Assembly: GCA_947169825.1 (NCBI GenBank) | Contig: CAMVRE010000001.1 | Location: forward strand, 16,463-80,462 | DNA from: an uncultured Verrucomicrobiota bacterium | GTDB taxonomy: Bacteria; Verrucomicrobiota; Kiritimatiellia; RFP12; UBA3636 | DNA length: 64,000 nucleotides | Reading direction: 5' to 3' | The notes under the pieces: model-generated | What the model was told of the DNA's origin: nothing | Databases searched by the model: none | The model's input: only the letters and a program-made list of their open reading frames with translations | Made by a program: the position numbers and the translations under genes | Part shown: in pieces, positions 27,968-36,926 of the stretch | Layout of the letters: each line of letters starts with the position of its first letter | Position numbering within the stretch: position 1 is the first letter of the stretch

Positions 27968-28663
27968 ATGAAAGACTACGCCAACAACAACACCCTCGAC
28001 GTCACCAACCCCGCGCCGCGCTGCCCGGTGATTCTTCTCCTCGACACGTCCGGAAGCATGGACGGCTCGCCGATCCACGAGCTCAACCAGGGCGTCCGGC
28101 AGTTTCTGGAGGAGACGAGGAGCGACGAGGCGGCCGGTATGAGCGTCGAACTGGAGGTCATCACTTTCGACGACCGCGCCTCGCGCGTCATTCCCTTCCG
28201 GTCCATCGCGGGCGTGAACGGCCTGCCTTCGTTCGGAGCCGGCGGAATGACGAGCATGGGCGCCGCGCTGCGGATGGCGACGGCCGATCTCAAGGCCCGC
28301 CGCCACCTCTACCGCCAGACCGGCGTCTCGAGCTACCGTCCGTGGGTGGTGCTGATGACGGACGGCGGTCCCAACGACGAGTGGCGGAACGCCGCCCGTG
28401 AGATGCGCGAGATGGGGGAGCGAGGGCGCATCCAGTACATCGGCATCGAGATCGGCCATCAGGTGGACCATCGGACGATGTGCCAGATCCTGCCGGCGAA
28501 TCCGGGGCCCGTTCGTCTGCAGGGGCTGAAGTTCAAGCAGTTCTTCCGCTGGCTCACGGACTCCCTGCGCAGCGTCTCCCGCAGCACGCCGGAGCAGGAG
28601 AGCCAGGTGCGGTTCGGCGACATCCGGTCATGGGCCGACCTGGCGAGCCTCGAGAACCTCTAG
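27968..28663 (+). CDS. vWA domain protein (TerY-like)
   Basis: PVILLLDTSGSMDG (MIDAS DxSxS), then SMGAAL...VVLMTDGGPND. Confidence 0.8.
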   Translation: MKDYANNNTLDVTNPAPRCPVILLLDTSGSMDGSPIHELNQGVRQFLEETRSDEAAGMSVELEVITFDDRASRVIPFRSIAGVNGLPSFGAGGMTSMGAALRMATADLKARRHLYRQTGVSSYRPWVVLMTDGGPNDEWRNAAREMREMGERGRIQYIGIEIGHQVDHRTMCQILPANPGPVRLQGLKFKQFFRWLTDSLRSVSRSTPEQESQVRFGDIRSWADLASLENL

Positions 28664-28685
28664 GCCGATGGAAGGAACGAAGAAA

Positions 28686-29792
28686 ATGACCGACAGGAAC
28701 CACCCGATTTCGCGCGGCTTCGCTGCCTCCGTCCCCGGCGCGGGGCACATCCGGTACGCCACGCCGTGCCAGGACGCCTCCGGTGCGATCCTTGCGCCGC
28801 GTCCGGCGGCCATCGTCTGCGACGGCCGCGGCAGCGCGAGGCTCTCGCACTTCGGAGCGCAGGGCGCGGTTCGCGCGTTCTTCAGCCAGCTGAGCGTCCT
28901 CGAGCCGTTCCTCGCCGGCGTGCTCGACCGGGAGGCGCCCCAGGAGAAGTGGGACGGCCTCTGCCGACTCCTCTACCGGACGCTCCTTCAGGTCAAGCTC
29001 GACCTCGCGGCGGAGCGCGGCGGCGAGGAGAAGGACTTCGACTTCACCGTGGCGTTCGCCGTGGCGGGGACCGTCTCGATCGGCTGCTTCCAGGTCGGCG
29101 ACGGGGCCATCGTCCTGCGGAACGGAGGCGTCTGCAGGACCGCGTTCGAGCCCGACAAGGGCGAGTTCGCGAATCAGACTCAGTTCCTCCGTCCGGGCGG
29201 CGATGCCGCGGGAAAGTTCCACGCCAGGCTCTTCCCCGCCGAAGAGAACGAGGGCGTGGCGATCACCTCGGACGGCCCCGAGCACCTCATGTTCCGCCAG
29301 CCCGCGATGGAGCCCGGCCCCATCTTCGGACAGCTTTTCGACGATCTTGCCGCGGGCGAACTCTGCGAGCAGGACCTCCGCGACTATCTCACGAGGGCCG
29401 TCTGGTCGTCCGATCCGCGCGGTTCGGACGACCGGTCCATCGCGGTGCTCCTTCCGAACGCCGCGCAAACTGCAGTCCATCCGACGAAAGCGAAAACGCC
29501 CGACCGGGGCCGTCCGGAACCGCCGCCCGAGCCGATCGGGAACGAAGACGACGATGGACCGGAGGACGATTCAATGGAACCGAACGAAATCCGGAACGAG
29601 GCGGCGCCGTCCGCCGAACGCGCCACGTGCGCTCCGCCGCGTCGACCCGTCTCCCCCTGGATCGCCGCCGCCATCCTCGCCGCCTGCATTCTCGTCGCCG
29701 TGGACACGATCCGCTCCTGGTGGAAGCCGTGCCTCGAATGGAGCGCCGCCCCGACCGCCGCGTACGCCCAGCCGGAGAACGACAACCTCTAG
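28686..29792 (+). CDS. PP2C-family Ser/Thr protein phosphatase-like protein with C-terminal TM anchor
   Basis: SVPGAGHIRYATPCQDAS...IVCDGRGSARLSHFGAQ...FAVAG...GDGAIV. GGAAGGAA sits upstream of ATG 28686; an alternative ATG at 28668 lacks an RBS. C-terminal WIAAAILAACILVAV. Confidence 0.7.
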   Translation: MTDRNHPISRGFAASVPGAGHIRYATPCQDASGAILAPRPAAIVCDGRGSARLSHFGAQGAVRAFFSQLSVLEPFLAGVLDREAPQEKWDGLCRLLYRTLLQVKLDLAAERGGEEKDFDFTVAFAVAGTVSIGCFQVGDGAIVLRNGGVCRTAFEPDKGEFANQTQFLRPGGDAAGKFHARLFPAEENEGVAITSDGPEHLMFRQPAMEPGPIFGQLFDDLAAGELCEQDLRDYLTRAVWSSDPRGSDDRSIAVLLPNAAQTAVHPTKAKTPDRGRPEPPPEPIGNEDDDGPEDDSMEPNEIRNEAAPSAERATCAPPRRPVSPWIAAAILAACILVAVDTIRSWWKPCLEWSAAPTAAYAQPENDNL

Positions 29793-29810
29793 CCAGAAAG
29801 GACCATCGCC

Positions 29811-30401
29811 ATGCCGCGCACCACATTCCTCTCCAAATTCCATGTTTCGCAAACGGAGGCCTTCCGGGCCTTCGACGCCGTCTGCAGGGAGCTGCGCGAC
29901 GTCGGGCTGATGAAGGGCGGCGGAGAGCTGGAGGGGGTCGAATGCGAATGGCATCCCGAGGGAATCGGTTCGTTCGGCGTCTCGGGGTGCGGACTCTCGG
30001 ACTTCGCGACCGAGGGCTACTACTGGAACCGGACGATCCATCTGCCCGCCTGGGGGTTCTGGTTCGGCAGCGCCGACGGCATCCGCAACGTCGTGCGCCA
30101 CGAGTTCGGACACGCGCTCGCGGACATCCGTCCGAAGCCGTTCAAGGGGGCCGTCTTCCGCAGGGCGTTCGGCGCTCCGTACGGCCGACGCAAGGTCGCC
30201 CGGTTCCGCTCCGACTGGGAGGAGTCCTGCGTCTCGAAGTACGCTTCGTCCTGCACCCAGGAGGACTGGGCCGAGACGTTCATGCTCTTCCTGCGGAACA
30301 AGGGGCGGATGCCCGCCCGCTTCCGCGGTCTGCCCGACATCGAGGCCAAGTGGGACGCGACGCATTCGATTCTTTCGAAGATGGGGTGGAACCGAGGTTG
30401 A
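29811..30401 (+). CDS. Putative Zn-metallopeptidase (HExxH)
   Basis: NVVRHEFGHALADI. Confidence 0.55.
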   Translation: MPRTTFLSKFHVSQTEAFRAFDAVCRELRDVGLMKGGGELEGVECEWHPEGIGSFGVSGCGLSDFATEGYYWNRTIHLPAWGFWFGSADGIRNVVRHEFGHALADIRPKPFKGAVFRRAFGAPYGRRKVARFRSDWEESCVSKYASSCTQEDWAETFMLFLRNKGRMPARFRGLPDIEAKWDATHSILSKMGWNRG

Positions 30402-30435
30402 GCCATTTCTTATTCCAAGAAGAAAGACAAAAATC

Positions 30436-30867
30436 ATGAACCACAAATCAGCAAAGGAAAACAACATGAGCAAAGAAAACAACATTGAGAAAATCGTCGA
30501 GAACGGAGCTCTTGTCGCTGGAACTGGCGCGTGCGCGGCCGGTGTGACCGCCGCCGCGGCTGCGACCGCCGGAGTCAGCGCGACCGCCGTTTCGGCTATC
30601 GGAGGCGTGACGGGCGGCGCCATCGGCGCCGCCATCGGAACGGGCCTGGGGATTGCCGGCGGCGGAACCGCCATTCCCGCAACTATCCCGTTCGCCGTCT
30701 CCGGAGCCGCGCACGGGGCCGCCATGGCCACGACAGTAGCCGGCTGGCTTGGCATTCCGATTGCCGCCGCGGCGCCAGCTTGGGCGGTTCCCGTGGCAGT
30801 GGCGGGTGGTGCCGCCGCGCTCGGCGCCGTTGGCTGGAAGGTCTACAAGAAGTGGCTCCGCATGTAA
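30436..30867 (+). CDS. Gly/Ala-rich (glycine-zipper-like) membrane protein
   Basis: GAIGAAIGTGLGIAGGGTAIPATIPFAVSGAAHGAAMATTVAGWLGIPIAAAAPAWAVPVAVAGGAAALGAVGW. Alternative start at 30466. Confidence 0.5.
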   Translation: MNHKSAKENNMSKENNIEKIVENGALVAGTGACAAGVTAAAAATAGVSATAVSAIGGVTGGAIGAAIGTGLGIAGGGTAIPATIPFAVSGAAHGAAMATTVAGWLGIPIAAAAPAWAVPVAVAGGAAALGAVGWKVYKKWLRM

Positions 30868-30878
30868 GAGGCGACGAC

Positions 30879-31574
30879 ATGTCCACGAGAAAGACCCCCG
30901 TCAGCAAGACCAGGACCTTCGAATCTCGCGATGCGGAATGTACGCATTGCGGGCAGGAATGCACGGTCCGCGAGGGCAACGGCGTCTACGAGTGCCCCGA
31001 ATGCGGGGAGACATTCGAGGTCGACCTCTGGGAAGCGAAGCACGTCCATCAGCCCGACGGCATCACATGCGGCTGGGCGACGGCGAAGTGGTTGCTCTCG
31101 GCATTCGGCTGCAAGGTTCCATCCGACCGAAAGCTCGAACGCGAACTGCACGTCCGAATGGCCCAGGACGGCATCACCGGCGCGTTCACGAAGGGAATCA
31201 ACTGGGTCATCCGCGGAATCGGCAGTCGCTGGGACTGGGAAGGCATTCCGGAGGACGAGGGCGGAACGCTACCGACGAACCTCGTGGCCACGCTCTGGAA
31301 GCACGGGCTCCGTCCCGTGTTCCCGGGGTTCGGCGGGCTCTGGAACTACTCCGACTACAAGGACTACATGGCGGAAGTCTTTGCCCGCCACGGCCGGTTC
31401 GCGATGTTCTACAAAACGCCGGAGTACTGGCACTGGATCGGCATCGAGAGGTTCGGACGGACCGTCCGCGCGATGGATCCGGGAGACTGGGGCTACACGC
31501 CGTTCTCCCGCCACGAGGTCATCCGCAGCAGGAGGGTCTCCGTGGCGTGCATGATCGGATTCGTGCGGGCGTAG
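30879..31574 (+). CDS. Zn-ribbon + C39-like (papain-fold) peptidase domain protein
   Basis: CTHCGQEC...YECPECGETFE. Then HQPDGITCGWATAKWLLSAFG (Q...CG.A motif of the C39 family) and ...YWHWIGIERFGRTVRAMDPGDWG (His motif). Paralogous to the C-terminus of 12112-13476. Confidence 0.7.
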   Translation: MSTRKTPVSKTRTFESRDAECTHCGQECTVREGNGVYECPECGETFEVDLWEAKHVHQPDGITCGWATAKWLLSAFGCKVPSDRKLERELHVRMAQDGITGAFTKGINWVIRGIGSRWDWEGIPEDEGGTLPTNLVATLWKHGLRPVFPGFGGLWNYSDYKDYMAEVFARHGRFAMFYKTPEYWHWIGIERFGRTVRAMDPGDWGYTPFSRHEVIRSRRVSVACMIGFVRA

Positions 31575-31660
31575 CCAGTTTCGACCATCGTGGAAAAACG
31601 GACGACCGCGCGCTTATGAAGGATAGAACGACACATCAAAACCCCATGGAAACCAAACGC

Positions 31661-32341
31661 ATGAAAACAACCATCGCCATTCTTCTCTCCCTCTTCCTTT
31701 CCTCTCACGCGCAGGCGGGCGTGCTCTCGCCGGTCTTCAAGATCGCGGAGAAGGCCGCCAGTCGCGGCGCCGCCAAGGCCGCCGCGAAGACGGCCCTGCA
31801 CGAGGCGGACGATGTCGCGAAGTTCGTTCTGCACGAATCGGACGACGTCACGAAGGTCACGCTGCACGAATCGGACGACCTCATGAAGGCCGGCGCGCGC
31901 GCCGGAGGGAAGGCCGCCGCGGAGGCGACCGCCCGCACGGGCGGAATGGTCGAACGTTCCATCGCGGCCGAGCGCGCGGCGGCCCGAGCGGCGGCGCCCA
32001 TCGTCCCCGAGATCCACCGCCCGGTGATCGTTCCGCCCAAGACCGTCCTCGCCGGCGGCGCCGCCGTGGCGGGAACCGTCGCCGCGCACAACCTCACGAT
32101 CGGCGAGAGAAAGAAGGACGAGGCGGTCGCAGACGGCATCCGCAACGACCCCGAAGCGGCGGAGCGGATTGCTTCCGGAGGTCTTCTCCACATGCTGGGA
32201 GCGGGAGGCGGTCGCGCGCTCGTGATCCTCGCCTGGCTCCTCGGCGGCGGAATCGGGCTGGCCGCGGTCTTCCGTTCGCTCCCCGCCCGCCGCCCGCGTC
32301 CCGCGACGATCGACGTCACCGCCGAATCGACGATCCGCTGA
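31661..32341 (+). CDS. Secreted Ala-rich hypothetical protein
   Basis: Signal peptide MKTTIAILLSLFLSSHAQA. Repeats HEADDVAKFVLHESDDVTKVTLHESDD. C-terminal hydrophobic LVILAWLLGGGIGLAAVF. Confidence 0.55.
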   Translation: MKTTIAILLSLFLSSHAQAGVLSPVFKIAEKAASRGAAKAAAKTALHEADDVAKFVLHESDDVTKVTLHESDDLMKAGARAGGKAAAEATARTGGMVERSIAAERAAARAAAPIVPEIHRPVIVPPKTVLAGGAAVAGTVAAHNLTIGERKKDEAVADGIRNDPEAAERIASGGLLHMLGAGGGRALVILAWLLGGGIGLAAVFRSLPARRPRPATIDVTAESTIR

Positions 32342-32402
32342 TTCCCCGCATTCCGAAACAAACCTAAAACAAACCAAAAACAACAAACACCACAAACACG
32401 CC

Positions 32403-33422
32403 ATGAAAACGATCAAAACCATCTTCTTCCTCGTCCTCTTCGCCGTCCTCTTCGCCTCGACGCGAACCTCCTGTTCGATCGAGCGTTCGTCGCGCGAGGC
32501 CGTCCGCGCCGCCGCCGAGCCGCCCGCCGCCAAGGCCCCGTCCGCGCCGCCGGCCGGACTTTCCGCGGACGAGATCGCCTGGGCCCGCTACCGCGCCGCG
32601 GTCGACGCCGCCGGCAAGGCGCATCTCGCCCGTCTCGACCGGATCTACGGCGACTTCCTCCGCGGTCTCTCGGAAAAGGGCCCCTCCCGCTTCGCGTCCG
32701 TCCGAAACGCCGTCCCCGCGATCCGGCGCTCGGTCTCCGGATTCAAGACGGCGGGCAAGATGGTCAAGGACATCACGCTCGACCAGGCAAAGGGTGGCGA
32801 CCGGTTCGAACGCCGGCTCGAAAGCCTCCTCGAGACTCCGTTCGTCCGTCCGCTCGCCCGCGCCCGCGAGGGCATCTTCGCCGACTGCGACACCTGCGCC
32901 GCCCGGCTCGCCGCCGAAGCCCGGGCGTACCGCGAGGAGATCGGCCGTGCGCAGGCCGAGCTTCCGCGCCCCCTCCAGATTCGGGCGAACAACAAAGGAT
33001 TCCAGGCGCTGGTCGAACGGGACAAGGCCACGATGCGGGAGTTCGCGTCCAAGGCCCGCGAAACCGCGGTCGGCGTCGCGCTCGAGGCCGCGTTCGCGCG
33101 GTCGACCTACGCGGCGGTCCGCAAGCTGGTGACGATCCTCGGCGGAAAGGCCGTCGGCAAGGGCGCGATCACCGTCGCGCTGCCGTTCGTGGACGGCCCG
33201 ATTCCGGTCGGCGACATCCTCGCCGTCGGCGGCGCCGCCTGGACCGCATGGGACGTGCACAAGCTCGCCCGCGTCCTTCCCGACGCGATCGAGAACCAAC
33301 TCCGGGCGACCGTCGACCAGACGCAGCGCGACACGCTCGCCGAAGCCGCCCGCTTCGCGAGGGAAGCCCATGACGCCTGCGTCGCCTCCGCGGTCGAACT
33401 CGGCCGCGCTGCAGCGAAGTAG
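32403..33422 (+). CDS. Secreted hypothetical protein
   Basis: Signal peptide MKTIKTIFFLVLFAVLFAST. A/C-rich leader. No domain recognised. Confidence 0.6.
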   Translation: MKTIKTIFFLVLFAVLFASTRTSCSIERSSREAVRAAAEPPAAKAPSAPPAGLSADEIAWARYRAAVDAAGKAHLARLDRIYGDFLRGLSEKGPSRFASVRNAVPAIRRSVSGFKTAGKMVKDITLDQAKGGDRFERRLESLLETPFVRPLARAREGIFADCDTCAARLAAEARAYREEIGRAQAELPRPLQIRANNKGFQALVERDKATMREFASKARETAVGVALEAAFARSTYAAVRKLVTILGGKAVGKGAITVALPFVDGPIPVGDILAVGGAAWTAWDVHKLARVLPDAIENQLRATVDQTQRDTLAEAARFAREAHDACVASAVELGRAAAK

Positions 33423-33592
33423 CGTTTTGCTCCGCACGTCCGCATGGGAAAAGACGGCGTTTCAACCGATTCCCCAAGCTTCCCAAAAAGGAGAAAACGA
33501 CTGATGGCGCGTCAGATTTCCGACGGACGGAACGTATGAATGGATGGAGACTGGGACGGACAATCCTTTCGAACTTCCAAGCGGAGAACACC

Positions 33593-33928
33593 ATGTACTC
33601 GACCGGAATGGACGGCTTCGACGGCGGCAAATGGATCCTGGCCCTGGAATGGCTGGCGGTCGTCGGCGTGTTCGTCCTGCTGGCGACGGGGCCGGCGAAG
33701 GAAGGGTCCGACGAAGATACGGAGTACGAGAAGGAGATCGTCGGGAGGACGATTCGCGGCCCCGTCGCGAGGACGGAACTGGATCCGGGACAACGGTCCT
33801 GGCTCGCGAATGCGATCGCGGTCGGGGACGAGGCCGGCGGCGAGTTCGTCCGCTGGGCGAACGACCTCGCCGAAGCGGAAGAAATCCAGCGGGCGATCGC
33901 GCTCGCGAGCAAACAGGGAGCCAAATGA
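33593..33928 (+). CDS. Small membrane protein, hypothetical
   Basis: TM WILALEWLAVVGVFVLLATG. The stop overlaps the next start (ATGATG). Confidence 0.45.
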   Translation: MYSTGMDGFDGGKWILALEWLAVVGVFVLLATGPAKEGSDEDTEYEKEIVGRTIRGPVARTELDPGQRSWLANAIAVGDEAGGEFVRWANDLAEAEEIQRAIALASKQGAK

Positions 33929-34974
33929 TGAAATCGACGAAAGCAATCCTGTTCTGCGCGGCGGCGGCCGTCGCGGGCGCGACGGCGCAAGCCGCCGGGA
34001 CGAACGAAACGGAGGCTGTCGCCTCGACGAATTCCGCGGCGCGATCGATTGCGCCGGTCGCCACGGCGCCGACGAACGCCGCCGCGGCGTTTTCCATCCC
34101 GAAGTCGATTGTGCTCCGGATGTACGAGGCGGCGGACGCTGCGCGGGACCGCGCCCTGGCGGGCCCGGACGGAAAGCCCCCGTTCAACGACATGCTGGAG
34201 TTCGGCGGATTGTGCGCGGGCGGCGACGCCGATCTCGCGTTCGCCGCCCAGAACCGGCCGCGCGGGGAAATGTCGCTCGTCGACGACGGCAACGCCGACC
34301 GGGAGCGCCGCGAACTGTGGCCGTTCGACGTCGAAGGATTCGAAGGAAGGCTCGAGGCGCGGATGGTCCGGGGAGAAGACGGAGGCTTCCGGCGGCGGGA
34401 GGAGGACGGAACGGAACTGCCGGTCAATCCGACCATCCGCTGGGCGAACGCCGAAATCGCGGCGTGGACCGTCCGGGAACTGGACGGAAGGTATCCGCGG
34501 ATGTCGGCGGACGACTGGCTCGGCATGACCGGAACGGCGGCGATTCCGGAAGGAACGGCGGCCTGGCGGCTCGATCCCGCATACTGTTTCGTCCTGGAAA
34601 CCGGGGAAGGTGCATGGAATCCAAGAACGTATTCGTTCGTTCTCTGGAAGGGAACGGGATCGCCGCTCTTGACCGCTTCGTTCGATTCCTTTCCCAACGA
34701 CAGGGAGGCGACGGCCGCCCTTTGCCTGCATTGCGACGCCGCGTCCGCGAACAATCTGGCCGTTCTCGAATGGAGGCACCAGAGCATGCGCGATTCGATG
34801 GATCCCGGACGCATCCGGCAATTCCTCGAACTCGCCCGGAACGCCGGCGTTCCGACCGCGGAAGCGAACCTGGGGGTCCTCCGCGCCCATCTGCCGGAAG
34901 TCTTCGCCGAGCCCAATCCGCCGGACGCCGCCGGAACGGCGGAGAAAACCGATGCAATCCCCACCCCCCGATAA
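33925..34974 (+). CDS. Secreted hypothetical protein
   Basis: Signal peptide MMKSTKAILFCAAAAVAGATAQA, similar to the signal peptide of 35369. Confidence 0.6.
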   Translation: MMKSTKAILFCAAAAVAGATAQAAGTNETEAVASTNSAARSIAPVATAPTNAAAAFSIPKSIVLRMYEAADAARDRALAGPDGKPPFNDMLEFGGLCAGGDADLAFAAQNRPRGEMSLVDDGNADRERRELWPFDVEGFEGRLEARMVRGEDGGFRRREEDGTELPVNPTIRWANAEIAAWTVRELDGRYPRMSADDWLGMTGTAAIPEGTAAWRLDPAYCFVLETGEGAWNPRTYSFVLWKGTGSPLLTASFDSFPNDREATAALCLHCDAASANNLAVLEWRHQSMRDSMDPGRIRQFLELARNAGVPTAEANLGVLRAHLPEVFAEPNPPDAAGTAEKTDAIPTPR

Positions 34975-34984
34975 CACCACCGCC

Positions 34985-35302
34985 ATGCCGACACCGCCAC
35001 GAACCTACTCTTCCGCCGCCGCGGAAAAGCTTCGACTCGCCCTCCTCGCCCTCGCCGCAACCGCCATGACGGGCTGCGGTTTGACGGACGACTCGTACTA
35101 CGGGACCACCGGCGGCGTTCCGCCGATGATACCCGACTCCGATGGCGACGGAATGGATGACGATTTCGAGCTATCCCACGGCACCGATCCGCACAACTGG
35201 GATACGGACGGCGATGGATTCTCCGACGGCGACGAGGTGCAAATCCACAAGACCGATCCGCGCGACCCGAAGTCCATTCCCGCCATCGCAACGCGAATTT
35301 GA
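34985..35302 (+). CDS. Lipoprotein with thrombospondin-type-3-like Ca-binding Asp repeats
   Basis: Lipobox LAATAMTGC. DSDGDGMDDDFE and DTDGDGFSDGDE. Confidence 0.55.
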   Translation: MPTPPRTYSSAAAEKLRLALLALAATAMTGCGLTDDSYYGTTGGVPPMIPDSDGDGMDDDFELSHGTDPHNWDTDGDGFSDGDEVQIHKTDPRDPKSIPAIATRI

Positions 35303-35368
35303 CAAACGGCGGAAAACGGACGGACTCCGCGCCGTTGCGCCCCCGAACCCGAACACGGAAGTACGACC

Positions 35369-36916
35369 ATGAACACGATGAAAACGATTCTCTTCTGCGC
35401 GGCGGCGTGCGCCGCGCTGTTCTCCGCCGCGGCGGAACCGGAAGGCGCCGCGGCGGACGCGGAATTCCCGCCGGAGTCCGTAGCGGAGGCGGACGGCGCG
35501 GAGGACGCGCCGAGGAACGACCCGCTCAACGCGGTGGTGAAGCTCGAGGTGTCCACGGCGGAGGCGGACGTCTTCCAGCCGTGGCGGACGGACAAGCGAG
35601 GCGGCGACGGCTCGGGGGTCGTGATCGGCGACGGACGCATCCTCACGTGCGCGCACTGCGTCTCGGACGCCACGTTCATCCGCGTCCGGAAGCCGAACGA
35701 GGACGCCATCTACCACGCGACGGTCGAATTCATCGGAAACGAGTCCGACCTGGCCCTGGTGCGCGTGGACGACCCGGCGTTCATGGCGGACGTGGCGCCG
35801 ATGGAGATCGGCGAGACGCCCCGCGTCCAGGCGGAGGTCGTCGCGGTCGGCTATCCGAAGGGAGGACGACTCATCTCCTTCACGCGCGGAATCGTCTCGC
35901 GCATCGAGGACCAGCGCTACGCCCACTCCTTCAAGTACCTGCTGGCCGTCCAGGTGGACGCCGCCATCAACCCCGGCAACAGCGGAGGCCCCGTCCTCGA
36001 CCTGGAGTCCGGGAAGATCGCCGGCGTCGCGTTCCAGGGCGACAAGGACGGCGAGGCGCTCGGCTACATGATTCCGCCGGACGTGATCCGCCAGTTCCTC
36101 GCGGATATCGCGGACGGCCGCGTCGACGGCGTGGGGGAGCAGCGCTTCACGTTCCTCTCGATGGAAAGCGAGAGCAAGCGCCGCGCCTACGGGATGAAGC
36201 CCGGACAGACGGGCGTCTCCGTGACGCACGTGGACCCCACGCTCGGCGACGGGTCGCTGCGCGCCGGGGACGTGCTGCTGGAGATCGGCGGCTACAAAGT
36301 CGCCAACAACGGGAACATCCGGATCGAGGGCAACGAGATTCGTTCGGTCAACTGGCCCGTCTACGTCCGCCAGCTGGGCGAAACGGTGCCCGCCAGGGTC
36401 CTGCGGGACGGCGTCGAGGCCGACGTGTCGATCCCCGTCTCCAAGCGGAGCTGGCGGATCCGCCCGTTCCTCCACGACCGGAAGGCGGACTGGTTCCTCG
36501 TCGGCGGGCTCGCCTTCTCGACCGTCTCGTTCGACTGGCTCGGCCAGGGGCGTTCGCGGTACCGCGAGGATCCGGGCGACGAGCGGAAGACGCCCGGGGA
36601 GGAGCTGGTCGTGCTCTGCTCCACGTTCCCGGACTCCTCCATCGAGGGGTACCTGGGCTGGGCCGGATGCCGCGTCGACACCGTGAACGGCGTCAAGGTC
36701 CTCAACCTGCGGCATCTGGCGGAGCTGGTCGACGGCTGCACGGACGAGTTCATCCGGTTCGGCATGGACGACAACGACGAATGGAACGACGATCTGGTCG
36801 TCGACGCCGCTCAGATGCGCGAGGCGACCCCGCGCGTGATGGAGCGCTACGCCATTCCCGCCGATCGAAGCTCCGACCTGAAGGAAGAATCCGCCCCGGT
36901 GGAAGAGGCCGAGTGA
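35369..36916 (+). CDS. Secreted trypsin-like (S1/HtrA-like) serine protease
   Basis: Signal peptide MNTMKTILFCAAACAALFSAAA. Catalytic-triad contexts ILTCAHCV, DLALVRV, GNSGGPVLD. Confidence 0.8.
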   Translation: MNTMKTILFCAAACAALFSAAAEPEGAAADAEFPPESVAEADGAEDAPRNDPLNAVVKLEVSTAEADVFQPWRTDKRGGDGSGVVIGDGRILTCAHCVSDATFIRVRKPNEDAIYHATVEFIGNESDLALVRVDDPAFMADVAPMEIGETPRVQAEVVAVGYPKGGRLISFTRGIVSRIEDQRYAHSFKYLLAVQVDAAINPGNSGGPVLDLESGKIAGVAFQGDKDGEALGYMIPPDVIRQFLADIADGRVDGVGEQRFTFLSMESESKRRAYGMKPGQTGVSVTHVDPTLGDGSLRAGDVLLEIGGYKVANNGNIRIEGNEIRSVNWPVYVRQLGETVPARVLRDGVEADVSIPVSKRSWRIRPFLHDRKADWFLVGGLAFSTVSFDWLGQGRSRYREDPGDERKTPGEELVVLCSTFPDSSIEGYLGWAGCRVDTVNGVKVLNLRHLAELVDGCTDEFIRFGMDDNDEWNDDLVVDAAQMREATPRVMERYAIPADRSSDLKEESAPVEEAE

Positions 36917-36926
36917 TGTCCGCGCC

